Shown here: positions 8,996 to 18,526 of the stretch, piece after piece | Layout of the letters: each line of letters opens with the position of its first letter | How positions within the stretch are numbered: position 1 is the first letter of the stretch | Source of the DNA: a virus | IMG/VR virus record: IMGVR_UViG_3300045988_144682 | Direction: 5' to 3' (one strand) | DNA length: 64,000 nt | Notes under the pieces: model-generated | What the model was told of the DNA's origin: nothing | The model's input: only the letters and a program-made list of their open reading frames with translations | The model's database searches: none | Made by a program: the position numbers and the translations under genes

Positions 8996-9247
8996 ATGTC
9001 AGGCACGAATTTGAATCGGATTAAAAACAAGCGTATGCAGAAAAATAACACTTCTGGTGTTACCGGCGTTTCTTTTCATTCAGGAATGGGACAATGGTAT
9101 GCAAGAATCTCTTTTAAAGGGAAAACGTATAGCTTGGGTTATTTTGATGAACTTGATGATGCGGTTAAAGCCAGGAGAGATGCGGAAAAGAAGTTGCATG
9201 ATGGTTTCATATCTCAAATAAGCCATAATAAAGTTATAGAAGTGTAA
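8996..9247 (+). CDS. AP2-domain DNA-binding protein
   Basis: 83 aa. SGVTGVSFHSGMGQWYARISFKGKTYSLGYFDELDDAVKARRDAE matches the AP2/integrase-type DNA-binding fold seen in phage and HNH-associated proteins. Confidence 0.75.
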   Translation: MSGTNLNRIKNKRMQKNNTSGVTGVSFHSGMGQWYARISFKGKTYSLGYFDELDDAVKARRDAEKKLHDGFISQISHNKVIEV

Positions 9248-9346
9248 AGGAGAAGAAAGATGATTAAACAGTTAATCTAGACAGAAACAAAAGTATTAAG
9301 CTCAAAGACCGTTATTGATTGTGGCAACGGCGATGTTGCTATCGGT

Positions 9347-10081
9347 ATGGCAGATGTAAAGGGTACGCCAAATGTACTTATTACATTTTCTGATATTCCA
9401 CAGCAGGAAGTCGGATCAAATGTAAAAAATAAAAACGTTATCGGTATACCGGTTGTAATATCCTTTGATTCTGTTGAGAGTATCAAGGTTCTGAATAAGT
9501 TTGTACAGGCTGCAATGAATAAGTTGAAAAAGAAAGAAGAGGTAGCAAAGAGAGCAGCTTTACCGCATTTTGTTGTAAAGACTGAAAGTATTATGATTCC
9601 GAGTTCTTTCAAATGTACAAATCCGAATGCAGAGAAGATCATGAAATGCCAGCAGTATTTCAATGAAAATGAAAAGCTGGACGAAGCCATTGACGTAACA
9701 AGTACCCTTACACTTACAGATGGATATGTGAGATATCTGGTTGCAAAATACAATAAACTGGAAAAGGTAGAAGTTGTTGCAGTAAACGGTATTGATATCA
9801 AGGTCGGAAACCAGGTTATCAAATTTACATCAGACGATATCAGACTTTCTTATGGTCTTGGAAAAGATGATGAAACAGGTGAAAAGAAGTTCTACTTATC
9901 CATTATAAATGGTGGTAAGAGATATGAAATTCCGGCAGAGGATAATGTAGAAGCTGCCACAATGGTTAAGAAGATCACAAATGTATTCGATGCAAAAATC
10001 GGGATTGCAGCAGTTAGCACAATGAACTTTGGATTAAAAGAAAGACTTGAAGAAGCCGGTATTACTGTTGCATACGCATAA
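9347..10081 (+). CDS. hypothetical protein (frame open from 9281; possible true start 9260 with in-frame TAG at 9278-9280)
   Basis: 244-aa ORF from its first ATG, which lacks an SD. A strong AAAGGAGA RBS serves an ATG at 9260 in the same frame, interrupted only by TAG. Confidence 0.6.
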   Translation: MADVKGTPNVLITFSDIPQQEVGSNVKNKNVIGIPVVISFDSVESIKVLNKFVQAAMNKLKKKEEVAKRAALPHFVVKTESIMIPSSFKCTNPNAEKIMKCQQYFNENEKLDEAIDVTSTLTLTDGYVRYLVAKYNKLEKVEVVAVNGIDIKVGNQVIKFTSDDIRLSYGLGKDDETGEKKFYLSIINGGKRYEIPAEDNVEAATMVKKITNVFDAKIGIAAVSTMNFGLKERLEEAGITVAYA

Positions 10082-10107
10082 CAAACAAAAATAAAGGACA
10101 AAACATT

Positions 10108-10584
10108 ATGATTTACAATATAGTTGGAGATTTATTAAAACAGGATAAAGTAGATATAATTTGTCATCAGACAAACTGTAAAGGTGTGATGGGTGCAGGA
10201 ATTGCATTTCAGATTAAAAGAGCTTATCCAGAAGTATTCAAAAAGTACAAAGAGTTTTGTGATGAATATGAAAACATTTTACTTGGAAGAACATTATTCG
10301 TAAATTGTAATGACGGAAAAGTTGTTGCAAATCTGTTTGGTCAGGATAGCTATGGTAGAGGATTCTGCCAGACAGATTATGTGGCACTTGAAAAGGCAAT
10401 TGCTACGGTGGCAAAAACCGCAGCCAAATATAAAAAGAGTGTCGGATTTCCGTACAAAATTGGTTGTGATTTAGCCGGTGGCGATTGGTCAATAGTAAGC
10501 AAAATCATAGAAAAATATTTTATGGATTCTGAGGTGGATTGCTACATCTGTTCGCTAACACAGGAACAGGAGCATGAATGTTAA
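10108..10584 (+). CDS. macrodomain protein (ADP-ribose binding/hydrolase)
   Basis: 158 aa. IICHQTNCKGVMGAGIAFQIKRAYPEVF and the later GCDLAGGDW are typical of phage-type macro domains. Confidence 0.8.
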   Translation: MIYNIVGDLLKQDKVDIICHQTNCKGVMGAGIAFQIKRAYPEVFKKYKEFCDEYENILLGRTLFVNCNDGKVVANLFGQDSYGRGFCQTDYVALEKAIATVAKTAAKYKKSVGFPYKIGCDLAGGDWSIVSKIIEKYFMDSEVDCYICSLTQEQEHEC

Positions 10585-10853
10585 ATAAGAAAGAATTTAT
10601 AAATGTGGTCAGTGGTACTACTGGAAAATCTAAAAAAGAGGTTGAAAGTGCCGTTGACCTGGTGCTTGAAGGTATCAAGTATGCCTACAAGTATTATGAT
10701 GGTGTAAAGTTCGTTGGTTTTGGTACTTTTAAGAAAAAGATAACGAAATCACGAATGGGTACAGATCCAAACACACTTGAACGAATTAAGATAGAGTCAA
10801 ACGTGTTACCAAAATTCATTCCGGGAGCAGAACTGAGAGGAATCTTTGCTTAG
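10578..10853 (+). CDS. HU/IHF-family DNA-binding protein
   Basis: 91 aa. MLNKKEFI...SKKEVESAVDLVLEGI...FGTFKKK..R.GTDPNT...KF.PG..L. Confidence 0.88.
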   Translation: MLNKKEFINVVSGTTGKSKKEVESAVDLVLEGIKYAYKYYDGVKFVGFGTFKKKITKSRMGTDPNTLERIKIESNVLPKFIPGAELRGIFA

Positions 10854-10887
10854 TTCCCGGAAATTCAAAAGAAAGTGCAGATAAATT

Positions 10888-11991
10888 ATGAGAGCGTTCA
10901 GGAGTGGAAAAAGAGACTTTGTAAAAGACGAGATAGTATTTGTTGTTGATAAGCTGGACAATTTTATGAATATATTGATTGGCAAAATCAATACATACGC
11001 TGGTTATGGAAAATACTATGTTGATTTATATACGGTTACGGAGAAAAAAGAAGATATTGATCCGAACCTTAATATCAGAATTGGAGATGATGCTGGTATT
11101 AGAGAGTGGATTAACAGAGGGTATTTAGTATTACGGTCAACCGTTGAACATTACCATAAAAAGCATCCAGATTCTCCATTATATATTGTTGAGCGAAAAG
11201 ATAATATTTTTCATTCTTGGAAAGATTCGGTGGATGAATTTAACCGAAGGAAAGAAGAGAAGAAAGTCGAAGAAGAACGGCGCAGCAATATGACAGAATA
11301 TCAGCTTTGCAGAGAAGACAATGCTGTATATTTGAAAAAGTGTGGTCTTTCCGATGAGGAAATTTCTGAATGTCTCAATTTGATTGATGAAAATGATTCA
11401 CTACCAGATATGGAAGATATTGATATCAGACGTTTTGGGAATGAGGTTCAGTGGAAATATCGTAGTAAATGGGAAAAGTTAATTGAACTTAACCGACCAG
11501 AGGAAGAAAAGCATAGTGAAAAATACTATGCAAATATATACCATGTGTGGGATATGGATCAAGAACCTGTTTTTAGAGGGTATACCAATGAATCGCCGAA
11601 GTCTTTGTTTGAGAAATATAGTGATTATACAGAGTATTATTTTCACGTTGCCAACAAAGAGTGGAGCATCGAAAAAGGTCTTGAAATTCCAGTGGGATAT
11701 GGTAGTTGTGTTGCAGCAGATGAAAATGGAGAGTTAAAACCGGCACTTGTTATAGAGTATTTGACAGAACATGGTTCTTTCGAGCTGGTTGGTGGGGAAC
11801 TTAGACATTTTGACATTTCCATTGATTATAAACATAGCGTAAATACTTTTTGGATTTCTGTGCTTTCAAAAACCAAACTGAGCAACCAGGAAATCCGTGA
11901 ATGGTTCTTAAAGAGAATCGGAAAAGTAACGGGGAAATATGAGGATCTTTTCAAAGAGAAAATCAATGAGCTGGACATCAGAAAAGCATAA
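10888..11991 (+). CDS. hypothetical protein
   Basis: 367-aa ORF with no recognisable motif. Confidence 0.6.
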   Translation: MRAFRSGKRDFVKDEIVFVVDKLDNFMNILIGKINTYAGYGKYYVDLYTVTEKKEDIDPNLNIRIGDDAGIREWINRGYLVLRSTVEHYHKKHPDSPLYIVERKDNIFHSWKDSVDEFNRRKEEKKVEEERRSNMTEYQLCREDNAVYLKKCGLSDEEISECLNLIDENDSLPDMEDIDIRRFGNEVQWKYRSKWEKLIELNRPEEEKHSEKYYANIYHVWDMDQEPVFRGYTNESPKSLFEKYSDYTEYYFHVANKEWSIEKGLEIPVGYGSCVAADENGELKPALVIEYLTEHGSFELVGGELRHFDISIDYKHSVNTFWISVLSKTKLSNQEIREWFLKRIGKVTGKYEDLFKEKINELDIRKA

Positions 11992-12370
11992 GGGGATGAA
12001 ATTGGATTCGATTGGGCATGGAACGGATATAATTCGCAGGAGCGACTACCTAATAGTCAAACTTAAAATAAACGCTGAAGAATTAAGAATGGTAGCGTAA
12101 GCTATATCAGTCTGTGAGATTGGGATATTGGTAACAGGCTGTATTAAGAGCTAATATCCAAAAGGAGAATGTTTTCTCTGTAAGTTGACTCTTCAAAAAA
12201 CAACAGAGTGGTGGACGTTGTAAGAAACCTTTACAAACCCAAAAACGGAGTAGTTACCTGATTCACTGGGGCAACCGTTTTCAAACAAAATGCCCGAATG
12301 AATGGTATTGCGTAAAAGATTATATAATTAGTACGTGTTTAAGACGGGGGTTCGACTCCCCCCATCTCCA
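11992..12370 (+). ncRNA. ssrA: tmRNA (SsrA)-like RNA
   Basis: 5' GGGGATGAAATTGGATTCGA. 3' GGGGGTTCGACTCCCCC-CATCTCC-A. The acceptor GGGGATG/CATCTCC includes a G3:U70 pair. No CCA is encoded. The tag frame is uncertain; the best candidate ends ...NAEELRMVA-TAA at 12098-12100. Confidence 0.75.
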
Positions 12371-12496
12371 CTGTAATAGCTGGTTATTGTTGTTACGGCT
12401 ATTACTAAAAACCTTTCTATCTAAATGGGGCGATGTAAAAATCGTCCCAAATAAAAAAATCACACAACTTTAAACAAACAATAATAAAGAAAATGC

Positions 12497-12525
12497 TTGC
12501 AAAAGTCATAAAAGTATGATAGTAT
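12497..12525 (+). promoter_or_regulatory. sigA-type promoter
   Basis: TTGCAA at 12497-12502, 17-nt spacer, TGaTAGTAT at 12517-12525. Confidence 0.5.
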
Positions 12526-12561
12526 ATATATTGTAAAGAAGAGATAAGAAAGGAATTCAAC

Positions 12562-12822
12562 ATGTCAAAGAAAAGCAAAGAAAAAGGATTGTCATTTGTA
12601 TATGACAGAAATGGTGAGAAAATGCATTGTGGTGTAACATCTATTTCTGAATTTAGAAAATTAGGAAATTCAAATAATCCTTTTGCTCCACAGATGAGCG
12701 AAGCAGTAAAGGGTGTCTTTATTTTTGGTGTGGAATTTCCGCAGTATGATGGATATACTGTAAAAGAACTTATCAAAGTTTTAGAAGAAATTGATTTTAC
12801 ATCAAAATTAACAAGAGAATAG
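12562..12822 (+). CDS. hypothetical protein
   Basis: 86-aa ORF with AAAGGA RBS. Confidence 0.55.
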   Translation: MSKKSKEKGLSFVYDRNGEKMHCGVTSISEFRKLGNSNNPFAPQMSEAVKGVFIFGVEFPQYDGYTVKELIKVLEEIDFTSKLTRE

Positions 12823-12833
12823 GAGAGTGAAAA

Positions 12834-13259
12834 ATGTATTCAATTAACAGACAGGAAACAATTAACCCAGACTTTGATATGATTAACAGAATTGTGGACA
12901 AGCTCAATTCAAAGTTTGATCCAAACGATGCATACCATCACAGTAATGCAGAATCAGAAATGTTTGAGTTCCAGATGAAGATAGACGATAAACGCCGGGA
13001 AGCATGGCAGATCGTATTCATGGGGCATCATACAGTAGCAAGTGGTAGCTTTTTTGGATTTGATTATTCAGATTGCCAGGAAGAAGAGTATATTACACTG
13101 GAAGGAAAAAATGAAAGAAAAATTTATATGCTTGCAGTGTCAAATACGGTTAATGTAATCACAAAATTCATTGAATTTATTTCAATGTCTGACACCTCTT
13201 ATCAGAACAAAAAGAAATGGATTGACACATTAAAGAAAGGTCTTGAAGACGAAGAGTAA
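12834..13259 (+). CDS. hypothetical protein
   Basis: 141-aa ORF with AGGAGAG RBS. Confidence 0.6.
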   Translation: MYSINRQETINPDFDMINRIVDKLNSKFDPNDAYHHSNAESEMFEFQMKIDDKRREAWQIVFMGHHTVASGSFFGFDYSDCQEEEYITLEGKNERKIYMLAVSNTVNVITKFIEFISMSDTSYQNKKKWIDTLKKGLEDEE

Positions 13260-13286
13260 GCCATAATAGCAGAAAGGAGCAGCATT

Positions 13287-14006
13287 ATGGAAGGATATAT
13301 TATTGATGGAACATCTGCAAGAATCATCAATTTTCCGACAGTAGAGAAGACTTTAGAAGTAGTTGAAAAACCAGAAAAGAAGGGTAACTACAAGAAAAAT
13401 TATAAAGTTGGCGAAAAACAGGAAGTATATCCGTTCCGTACTCAGGAGGATCTGGAACTGATGTATAACCATTTCGTAGAGAAAAAACAGTATCGCAATG
13501 CTTTAATGTTCGTTATTGGAATCAATGTAGGGCTTAGAGCAAGTGATTTGTTGGAATTGAAATGGAGTCAGATTTTCGATGAAGATGGTAGTATTGCGAA
13601 TGGAATTACAGTCAAAGAAGATAAGACTGAGAAGTTCCGTACATTTTATCTTAATGAATCATGTAAAACTGCCATTATTGAATATTATAACGGTTTAAAG
13701 AAAAAACCGGCAAAAAACGAATATGTTTTCAGTAGTCGAAAAGGAGATGGACATATAGAAGTTCGTCCGGCTGGTCTTATTCTGAAAAACGCTGCAAAAG
13801 CTGTAGGTATCAAGTATAATGTCGGCACTCATTCAATGAGAAAGACTTTTGGTTATTGGCAGTTACAAGCTCATAAAGATGATGCTTTGTTTTTATGTCA
13901 TTTGCAGGAGATGTTCAATCATTCAAGCCCACAGATTACATTGAGGTATTGTGGTTTGGCAGAAGAGGAAATGGAACAATATTACAATGATGTAAATTTG
14001 TTATAG
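13287..14006 (+). CDS. tyrosine recombinase (catalytic domain only, short)
   Basis: 239 aa with the catalytic set GLRASD (R), HSMRKTF (H-x-x-R), NHSS (H) and LRY (Y). No N-terminal core-binding domain is evident. Confidence 0.8.
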   Translation: MEGYIIDGTSARIINFPTVEKTLEVVEKPEKKGNYKKNYKVGEKQEVYPFRTQEDLELMYNHFVEKKQYRNALMFVIGINVGLRASDLLELKWSQIFDEDGSIANGITVKEDKTEKFRTFYLNESCKTAIIEYYNGLKKKPAKNEYVFSSRKGDGHIEVRPAGLILKNAAKAVGIKYNVGTHSMRKTFGYWQLQAHKDDALFLCHLQEMFNHSSPQITLRYCGLAEEEMEQYYNDVNLL

Positions 14007-14032
14007 TAAAATCAAACGTAAATAAAGGAGGT

Positions 14033-15010
14033 ATGATGATGATTTCGTGTAAAGAGTATGCTCAGGTTATGAAAGAAACTCTTAGAAAAAGAATTGAAAC
14101 AATGGATAAGAAACCAGCTCTTTCAATTATTCAAGTTGGTGATGACCAGGCTTCAGATGCTTATATAAGAGGTAAGATAAAAGACTGCGAAGAAGTCGGG
14201 ATTAGATATATTGTACAGAAACTTAGCGAAAATGTTAGCGAAGAAAATTTGCTGTATAATATTGAATTAGCTTCATGCGTTGCAGATGGGATTATTGTTC
14301 AGTTACCATTACCAAGACATATTAACGTAACTCATGTTAAAAATGCAATTCCTAAAGAAAAAGATGTAGATGGTTTTCGCCGGGACAGTTTGTTTGAGTG
14401 TTGCACTCCAAAAGGAATTATTGATTGGCTTGATTTTAACGAATATGAATTGTGCGGTAAAAATGCCGTTGTTCTTGGCAGGAGTGAAATTGTAGGAAAA
14501 CCACTCGTAAATATGTTGATTGATCGAGGTGCGACAGTTACATGCTGCAATAGCCACACAGATTTATTTTTAGAATCAGAATTGTCAAATAAAGCAGATA
14601 TAGTAATTTCAGCAATTGGAAAAGCAAAATTTTTAGACTGGATGAATTTTGGCACTGATTGTGATGTGATTGTTGATGTCGGAATCAACAGAGATGAAAA
14701 TGGAAAACTGTGTGGAGATGTTGATAGAGATTCTATTGAAAAATTAAAAGATGGAATCTATGTTACACCTGTTCCTGGTGGAGTTGGGTTGCTGACAAGA
14801 GTTACACTTCTGAAAAATATAGTTGAAGCGTGCGAAAATGGATATACAGAAAACACCGTAAAAGATGCAATCTCATTTCTGAAAAAGAAGGACTATTTTG
14901 TTAGAAAAATACCAAATAATTTGTGCGAGAATGCAAAAGAATGTCTTGAAACGGGACACGGAGAATGCGATTATTGTAGTTGTTTCGCATGTTTGGTTGG
15001 CAATGAGTAA
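14033..15010 (+). CDS. folD: bifunctional methylenetetrahydrofolate dehydrogenase/cyclohydrolase with Cys-rich C-terminal extension
   Basis: 325 aa. YIRGKIKDCEEVGI, VQLPLP, DVDGF, GKNAVVLGRSEIVGKP, VIDVGINR, TPVPGGVG. Extra tail CLETGHGECDYCSCFAC. Confidence 0.88.
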   Translation: MMMISCKEYAQVMKETLRKRIETMDKKPALSIIQVGDDQASDAYIRGKIKDCEEVGIRYIVQKLSENVSEENLLYNIELASCVADGIIVQLPLPRHINVTHVKNAIPKEKDVDGFRRDSLFECCTPKGIIDWLDFNEYELCGKNAVVLGRSEIVGKPLVNMLIDRGATVTCCNSHTDLFLESELSNKADIVISAIGKAKFLDWMNFGTDCDVIVDVGINRDENGKLCGDVDRDSIEKLKDGIYVTPVPGGVGLLTRVTLLKNIVEACENGYTENTVKDAISFLKKKDYFVRKIPNNLCENAKECLETGHGECDYCSCFACLVGNE

Positions 15011-15275
15011 CAGATATACAAGACTTGAAGAAAAATGCCCATTACTGGGAGATTATTGTAATCAGGAAGAAAAGGATTGCGATAAATGCATCAATCAAGA
15101 AAAAGCATGGCAAGATATACAGTGCTACATTGAATGTCACGATTATGGCATATCTTGTGGTTTTCTTGAAAAGTATTACAAGATGTTCTATTTGCCTGGA
15201 TTTTATGTGAATCCTATAATCCTTGATATTATTGAGAATAACAAGGAAGCGTGCAAATTATTATTTGAAGATTAG
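15003..15275 (+). CDS. hypothetical Cys-rich protein
   Basis: ATG at 15003 overlaps the folD stop. 90 aa with several CxxC-like pairs. Confidence 0.5.
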   Translation: MSNRYTRLEEKCPLLGDYCNQEEKDCDKCINQEKAWQDIQCYIECHDYGISCGFLEKYYKMFYLPGFYVNPIILDIIENNKEACKLLFED

Positions 15276-15285
15276 AGGTAAGAAA

Positions 15286-16059
15286 ATGGTCGGGTATAGT
15301 TACGACAAAGAAAATAAGCAAAGAGATTACACCTATATGGCAAGAGAAAAGAGGTCAAGAGATCTTGTTTGTGGGTATGTCGCAATTCATAAACCGTGGT
15401 ATGAACCAGAAAGTAACTGGACGTATTATATGTTTTATGACAGCTATCGTCCTGGTGGTTTCTGTGGTGGTGCTATAAATGAAGGACTTAAAAAGGTTGA
15501 AATTGATCCGAATACAATCGTGCCATATACTCAGGTTGCGGAGATTATAAGTGTTCTGCAGTCCGGCGATACCGTACATATAGAAGGTAAAGATTTGCCG
15601 GAAATGATGACTACAGCAATGATTGTAAGTGTTGATGATATGTACAGATATTACAACCGTAAAGACATTGATTATGTGGTCGAAAGATTTGGAGAGCCAG
15701 CCAAAGAGAAAGAATTTATAAATGTCAGAAAGATAGGGCATTTTCAGGATTTCGTTGATGGAATAATCGAAAAACAGAAAACCGCAAAAAGAAGTGAATT
15801 GCTTGCAGCTATAACAGATTTTTGGAATGCGTGGAAATCTATTTACAGTGAAGTTATCATTGGCACTGGTGGAGAATATGACTATGAGTATATCGAAGAG
15901 GAAGATGGTAAGTTTACCAGTTCTTTGTTAGATGGAGAATATGACAGTTTTGATGAAATTGTCAAAGATTTCTGCAAAGTTGTTGATCCAGATGATGTTG
16001 CCGGTTTTAATTATGGCAAGAGAAGGGTAAAAGAGCAATGCGAGAAGCAAAAGTGTTAA
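15286..16059 (+). CDS. hypothetical protein
   Basis: ATG at 15286 after AGAGGTAAG. 257 aa. Confidence 0.6.
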   Translation: MVGYSYDKENKQRDYTYMAREKRSRDLVCGYVAIHKPWYEPESNWTYYMFYDSYRPGGFCGGAINEGLKKVEIDPNTIVPYTQVAEIISVLQSGDTVHIEGKDLPEMMTTAMIVSVDDMYRYYNRKDIDYVVERFGEPAKEKEFINVRKIGHFQDFVDGIIEKQKTAKRSELLAAITDFWNAWKSIYSEVIIGTGGEYDYEYIEEEDGKFTSSLLDGEYDSFDEIVKDFCKVVDPDDVAGFNYGKRRVKEQCEKQKC

Positions 16060-16436
16060 ATAAGTACAATTTAACATTAAAAACCGCCAGAAAACTTGAA
16101 GTTGGCGATGAATCAAAAATCTGTGAACCTCTGTTTTGGCGAAACAATGTAATCAATGCATGGTGTATCAGCCGGAGTATTGGAACAGATGCAGACAGAA
16201 AGTTTTGTAACGACAATGAGATATGGATAGGAATTTACGATGAACCATATTATCGCAGGAGAGTTCATATTCATGTGAATTGTTGGGGCGGTATGGGAAA
16301 ATATGAATTTTGTGATTTCTACAATTATAAGGAAATTGAGAATGAAAGAGATTTGCAGACTCAGGAAAAACTTCTGGAAGTTCTCAATATGCTTATAGAT
16401 GAAGGAGTCTTAAAAATTTCAACAAACAAACCATAA
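16038..16436 (+). CDS. hypothetical protein
   Basis: 132-aa ORF that overlaps the upstream gene end. Confidence 0.55.
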   Translation: MREAKVLNKYNLTLKTARKLEVGDESKICEPLFWRNNVINAWCISRSIGTDADRKFCNDNEIWIGIYDEPYYRRRVHIHVNCWGGMGKYEFCDFYNYKEIENERDLQTQEKLLEVLNMLIDEGVLKISTNKP

Positions 16437-16449
16437 TAAATGTAAGGAA

Positions 16450-16671
16450 GTGATGAAAATGAATAGTGAAGAGTTCATACAGACATGCAGCTCAATGGGA
16501 TATTCGTCAAAGAAACTGGCGAAGAAATACGTTGAGAAAAACCAGAAAGATACTTATGACATGGACGATATTATAAATGTACATAGAAAAAGCGGTAATT
16601 TCAAGGGTAATCATACATGTGGATTAAGCAATATTCCAAATGGGAAAACGACAGCATTTCAGAACGCTTAA
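16450..16671 (+). CDS. hypothetical protein
   Basis: 73-aa ORF with AAGGAAG RBS. Confidence 0.5.
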   Translation: MMKMNSEEFIQTCSSMGYSSKKLAKKYVEKNQKDTYDMDDIINVHRKSGNFKGNHTCGLSNIPNGKTTAFQNA

Positions 16672-16683
16672 TAGGAGATTAAA

Positions 16684-16947
16684 ATGAAAATAGATTATTT
16701 ATACCGGCACAAGGAATTCAAGAAAGTTTTAGAGAAAGAGCTTGATAGACTAATCGAAGGGAAAATCAACCAAATAAGAATCAAAAATATTCCGTCTGAT
16801 ATATTTTGTGAAGCAACGGGATGCGAAGCCAATGATTTTAACGGCTGGCAGTGTGATTGGTGGGGACATTTCCAGTATAAAGGATATAAGTTCGGCGTTT
16901 GCGGTTGTGCCTGGGATGGAACGGTTGGCGTGAACTTAGAAAGGTAG
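16684..16947 (+). CDS. hypothetical protein
   Basis: 87-aa ORF with AGGAGA RBS. Confidence 0.55.
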   Translation: MKIDYLYRHKEFKKVLEKELDRLIEGKINQIRIKNIPSDIFCEATGCEANDFNGWQCDWWGHFQYKGYKFGVCGCAWDGTVGVNLER

Positions 16948-16953
16948 GTATGT

Positions 16954-17214
16954 ATGTCAGCATTTGAAGAGATGTTCGGAGATTATCTCAATGCATATAA
17001 AAATACATCTCAGTATAGAGATAATAGCATGTTGGATATTGCACTCAGAAAATCAGAGTTTGAGAAAAACTTAGATGAAATGTGGGCGATTTATTCAAGA
17101 GGATGTACGCAGCAGATTATTGAGTATAACAAGGGTGTTGAGCAGATTAAGAGTGCAGGATTTAAAGTGTATAGAAATTCTGTTGGGAAACACAAGATTG
17201 TAATACCTAAGTGA
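16954..17214 (+). CDS. hypothetical protein
   Basis: 86-aa ORF. Confidence 0.55.
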   Translation: MSAFEEMFGDYLNAYKNTSQYRDNSMLDIALRKSEFEKNLDEMWAIYSRGCTQQIIEYNKGVEQIKSAGFKVYRNSVGKHKIVIPK

Positions 17215-17519
17215 TGGAGGCAGAAATGAGAATACATAAAGGCGATGTTGTAAAACATTTTAAAAGAGAAAATCTTACAGAAGAGCAAGTAAAAAATAAC
17301 AGTGAATTATATCTGTATAAGGTTTTGGATTTTGCAAGGCATACAGAAACCGGTGAATTACTTGTGATTTATGAAGCATTGTATGATGGTAGAGAAATCG
17401 GTTGTGATGTTCATTATGGAGATAAATTTGCACGACCATTTGATATGTTCATGAGTGAAGTAGACCATGAGAAATATCCTAATATCAATAAGTGCAAATA
17501 TAGATTTGAGAAGGTATAA
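17211..17519 (+). CDS. DUF1653-like protein
   Basis: 102 aa. HFKRE...[28 protein letters not shown]...FARPFDMF...YRFEKV resembles DUF1653 as I remember it. Confidence 0.55.
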   Translation: MMEAEMRIHKGDVVKHFKRENLTEEQVKNNSELYLYKVLDFARHTETGELLVIYEALYDGREIGCDVHYGDKFARPFDMFMSEVDHEKYPNINKCKYRFEKV

Positions 17520-17536
17520 GAAAAGAGAGTAACGTA

Positions 17537-18061
17537 ATGGGAAAAGAAAAAATAAGTGAATTACATTTCGGTGATAAATTTATAACTCAACTCGGTGAAT
17601 TCACAGTGATTGAAAAAATGCAAAATGACACAATTAAAGTTGCATCATGTGACTATTATGGAGATTATTTGGGAAAATTTAGTTCTTCGATTATACCAGA
17701 TTATGACACAAGTAATATAAGAGGGTACATTGAGGAAAAGATTTTGCCTAAATTTGAAGATTATTTTGGTGATAATCTTGAGGATTGTGATTTGAAAAAT
17801 GGATATAGAATGAGAGCAATTTCGAGCGAAGAGTGTCTGTTGTTTAGCAGCCACTATGGACATCCAATTAGTAAAGAATGCTGGACTTCAACAGTCACAC
17901 AAGATGGGGAAAAGGTATACTATTTTAATAATTATGGAGTGATAAAAAGTTGCGAACCACATAAAAATTTCAAACGAATAATGATTGTGTTTGGTTTGAA
18001 TAAAGATACTTTTGTGGAAAAGATTAAAAAGGAAATTGGATTAGTTAAAGCAAAGATATAG
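17537..18061 (+). CDS. hypothetical protein
   Basis: 174-aa ORF. Confidence 0.6.
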   Translation: MGKEKISELHFGDKFITQLGEFTVIEKMQNDTIKVASCDYYGDYLGKFSSSIIPDYDTSNIRGYIEEKILPKFEDYFGDNLEDCDLKNGYRMRAISSEECLLFSSHYGHPISKECWTSTVTQDGEKVYYFNNYGVIKSCEPHKNFKRIMIVFGLNKDTFVEKIKKEIGLVKAKI

Positions 18062-18074
18062 GAGAGTGCATGAA

Positions 18075-18521
18075 ATGAACAAGCAAGAATTAGTAAGAAA
18101 TGAAATGGTCAAAGCCATGAAAGAAAAAGACAAACCTAAAAAGGAAACGCTTTCTCTCTTACTGGCAGCATTAAAGAATGCGGAAATTGACAAAATGGGA
18201 ATTTTATCTGAATCTGAAGAAGATGCAGTAGTCCAGAAGGAAATCAAACAGACAAAAGAAACCCTGGATCTTGCACCGGCAGATAGAACAGATATCATTC
18301 AGGAGTGTAAATATCGTATTGAAGTGCTGAGTCAGTTCGCACCGAAGATGATGACAGAAGAAGAGATTGAGGCTATAATCGCTGGTGTGCTGAGTGATTT
18401 AGGTATCGAGAATCCGACCAAAAAAGAAAAAGGTAAAATCATGAAGACACTTATGCCGATGGTCAAGGGCAAAGCTGACGGGAAATTGGTAAATCAGATT
18501 TTGGAAAAGAAACTGGCATAA
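18075..18521 (+). CDS. GatB/YqeY-domain protein
   Basis: ATG at 18075 (the track uses GTG at 18066). AMKEKDK..L..LLAALKNAEIDK...VVQKEIKQ..E........R.D...E....I.VL..FAPKMM.EEEI...I...L...G...K.KGKIMK.LMP.VKGKADGKLVNQ. Confidence 0.8.
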   Translation: MNKQELVRNEMVKAMKEKDKPKKETLSLLLAALKNAEIDKMGILSESEEDAVVQKEIKQTKETLDLAPADRTDIIQECKYRIEVLSQFAPKMMTEEEIEAIIAGVLSDLGIENPTKKEKGKIMKTLMPMVKGKADGKLVNQILEKKLA

Positions 18522-18526
18522 TTGTT

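Noticed and set aside
12373-12448. Two hairpins after the tmRNA (GTAATAGC/GCTATTAC and GGGGCGAT/ATCGTCCC) as Rho-independent terminators
   Set aside because: Neither is followed by a U-tract on the + strand; A-rich sequence follows. They are left unannotated as possible processing or stability elements.
13287-14006. Tyrosine recombinase as evidence of a prophage boundary or att site
   Set aside because: The protein is short and catalytic-domain only. No flanking direct repeats or host-like genes are visible, and tRNA-adjacent att logic is not supported. It could equally be a dimer-resolution or inversion enzyme.
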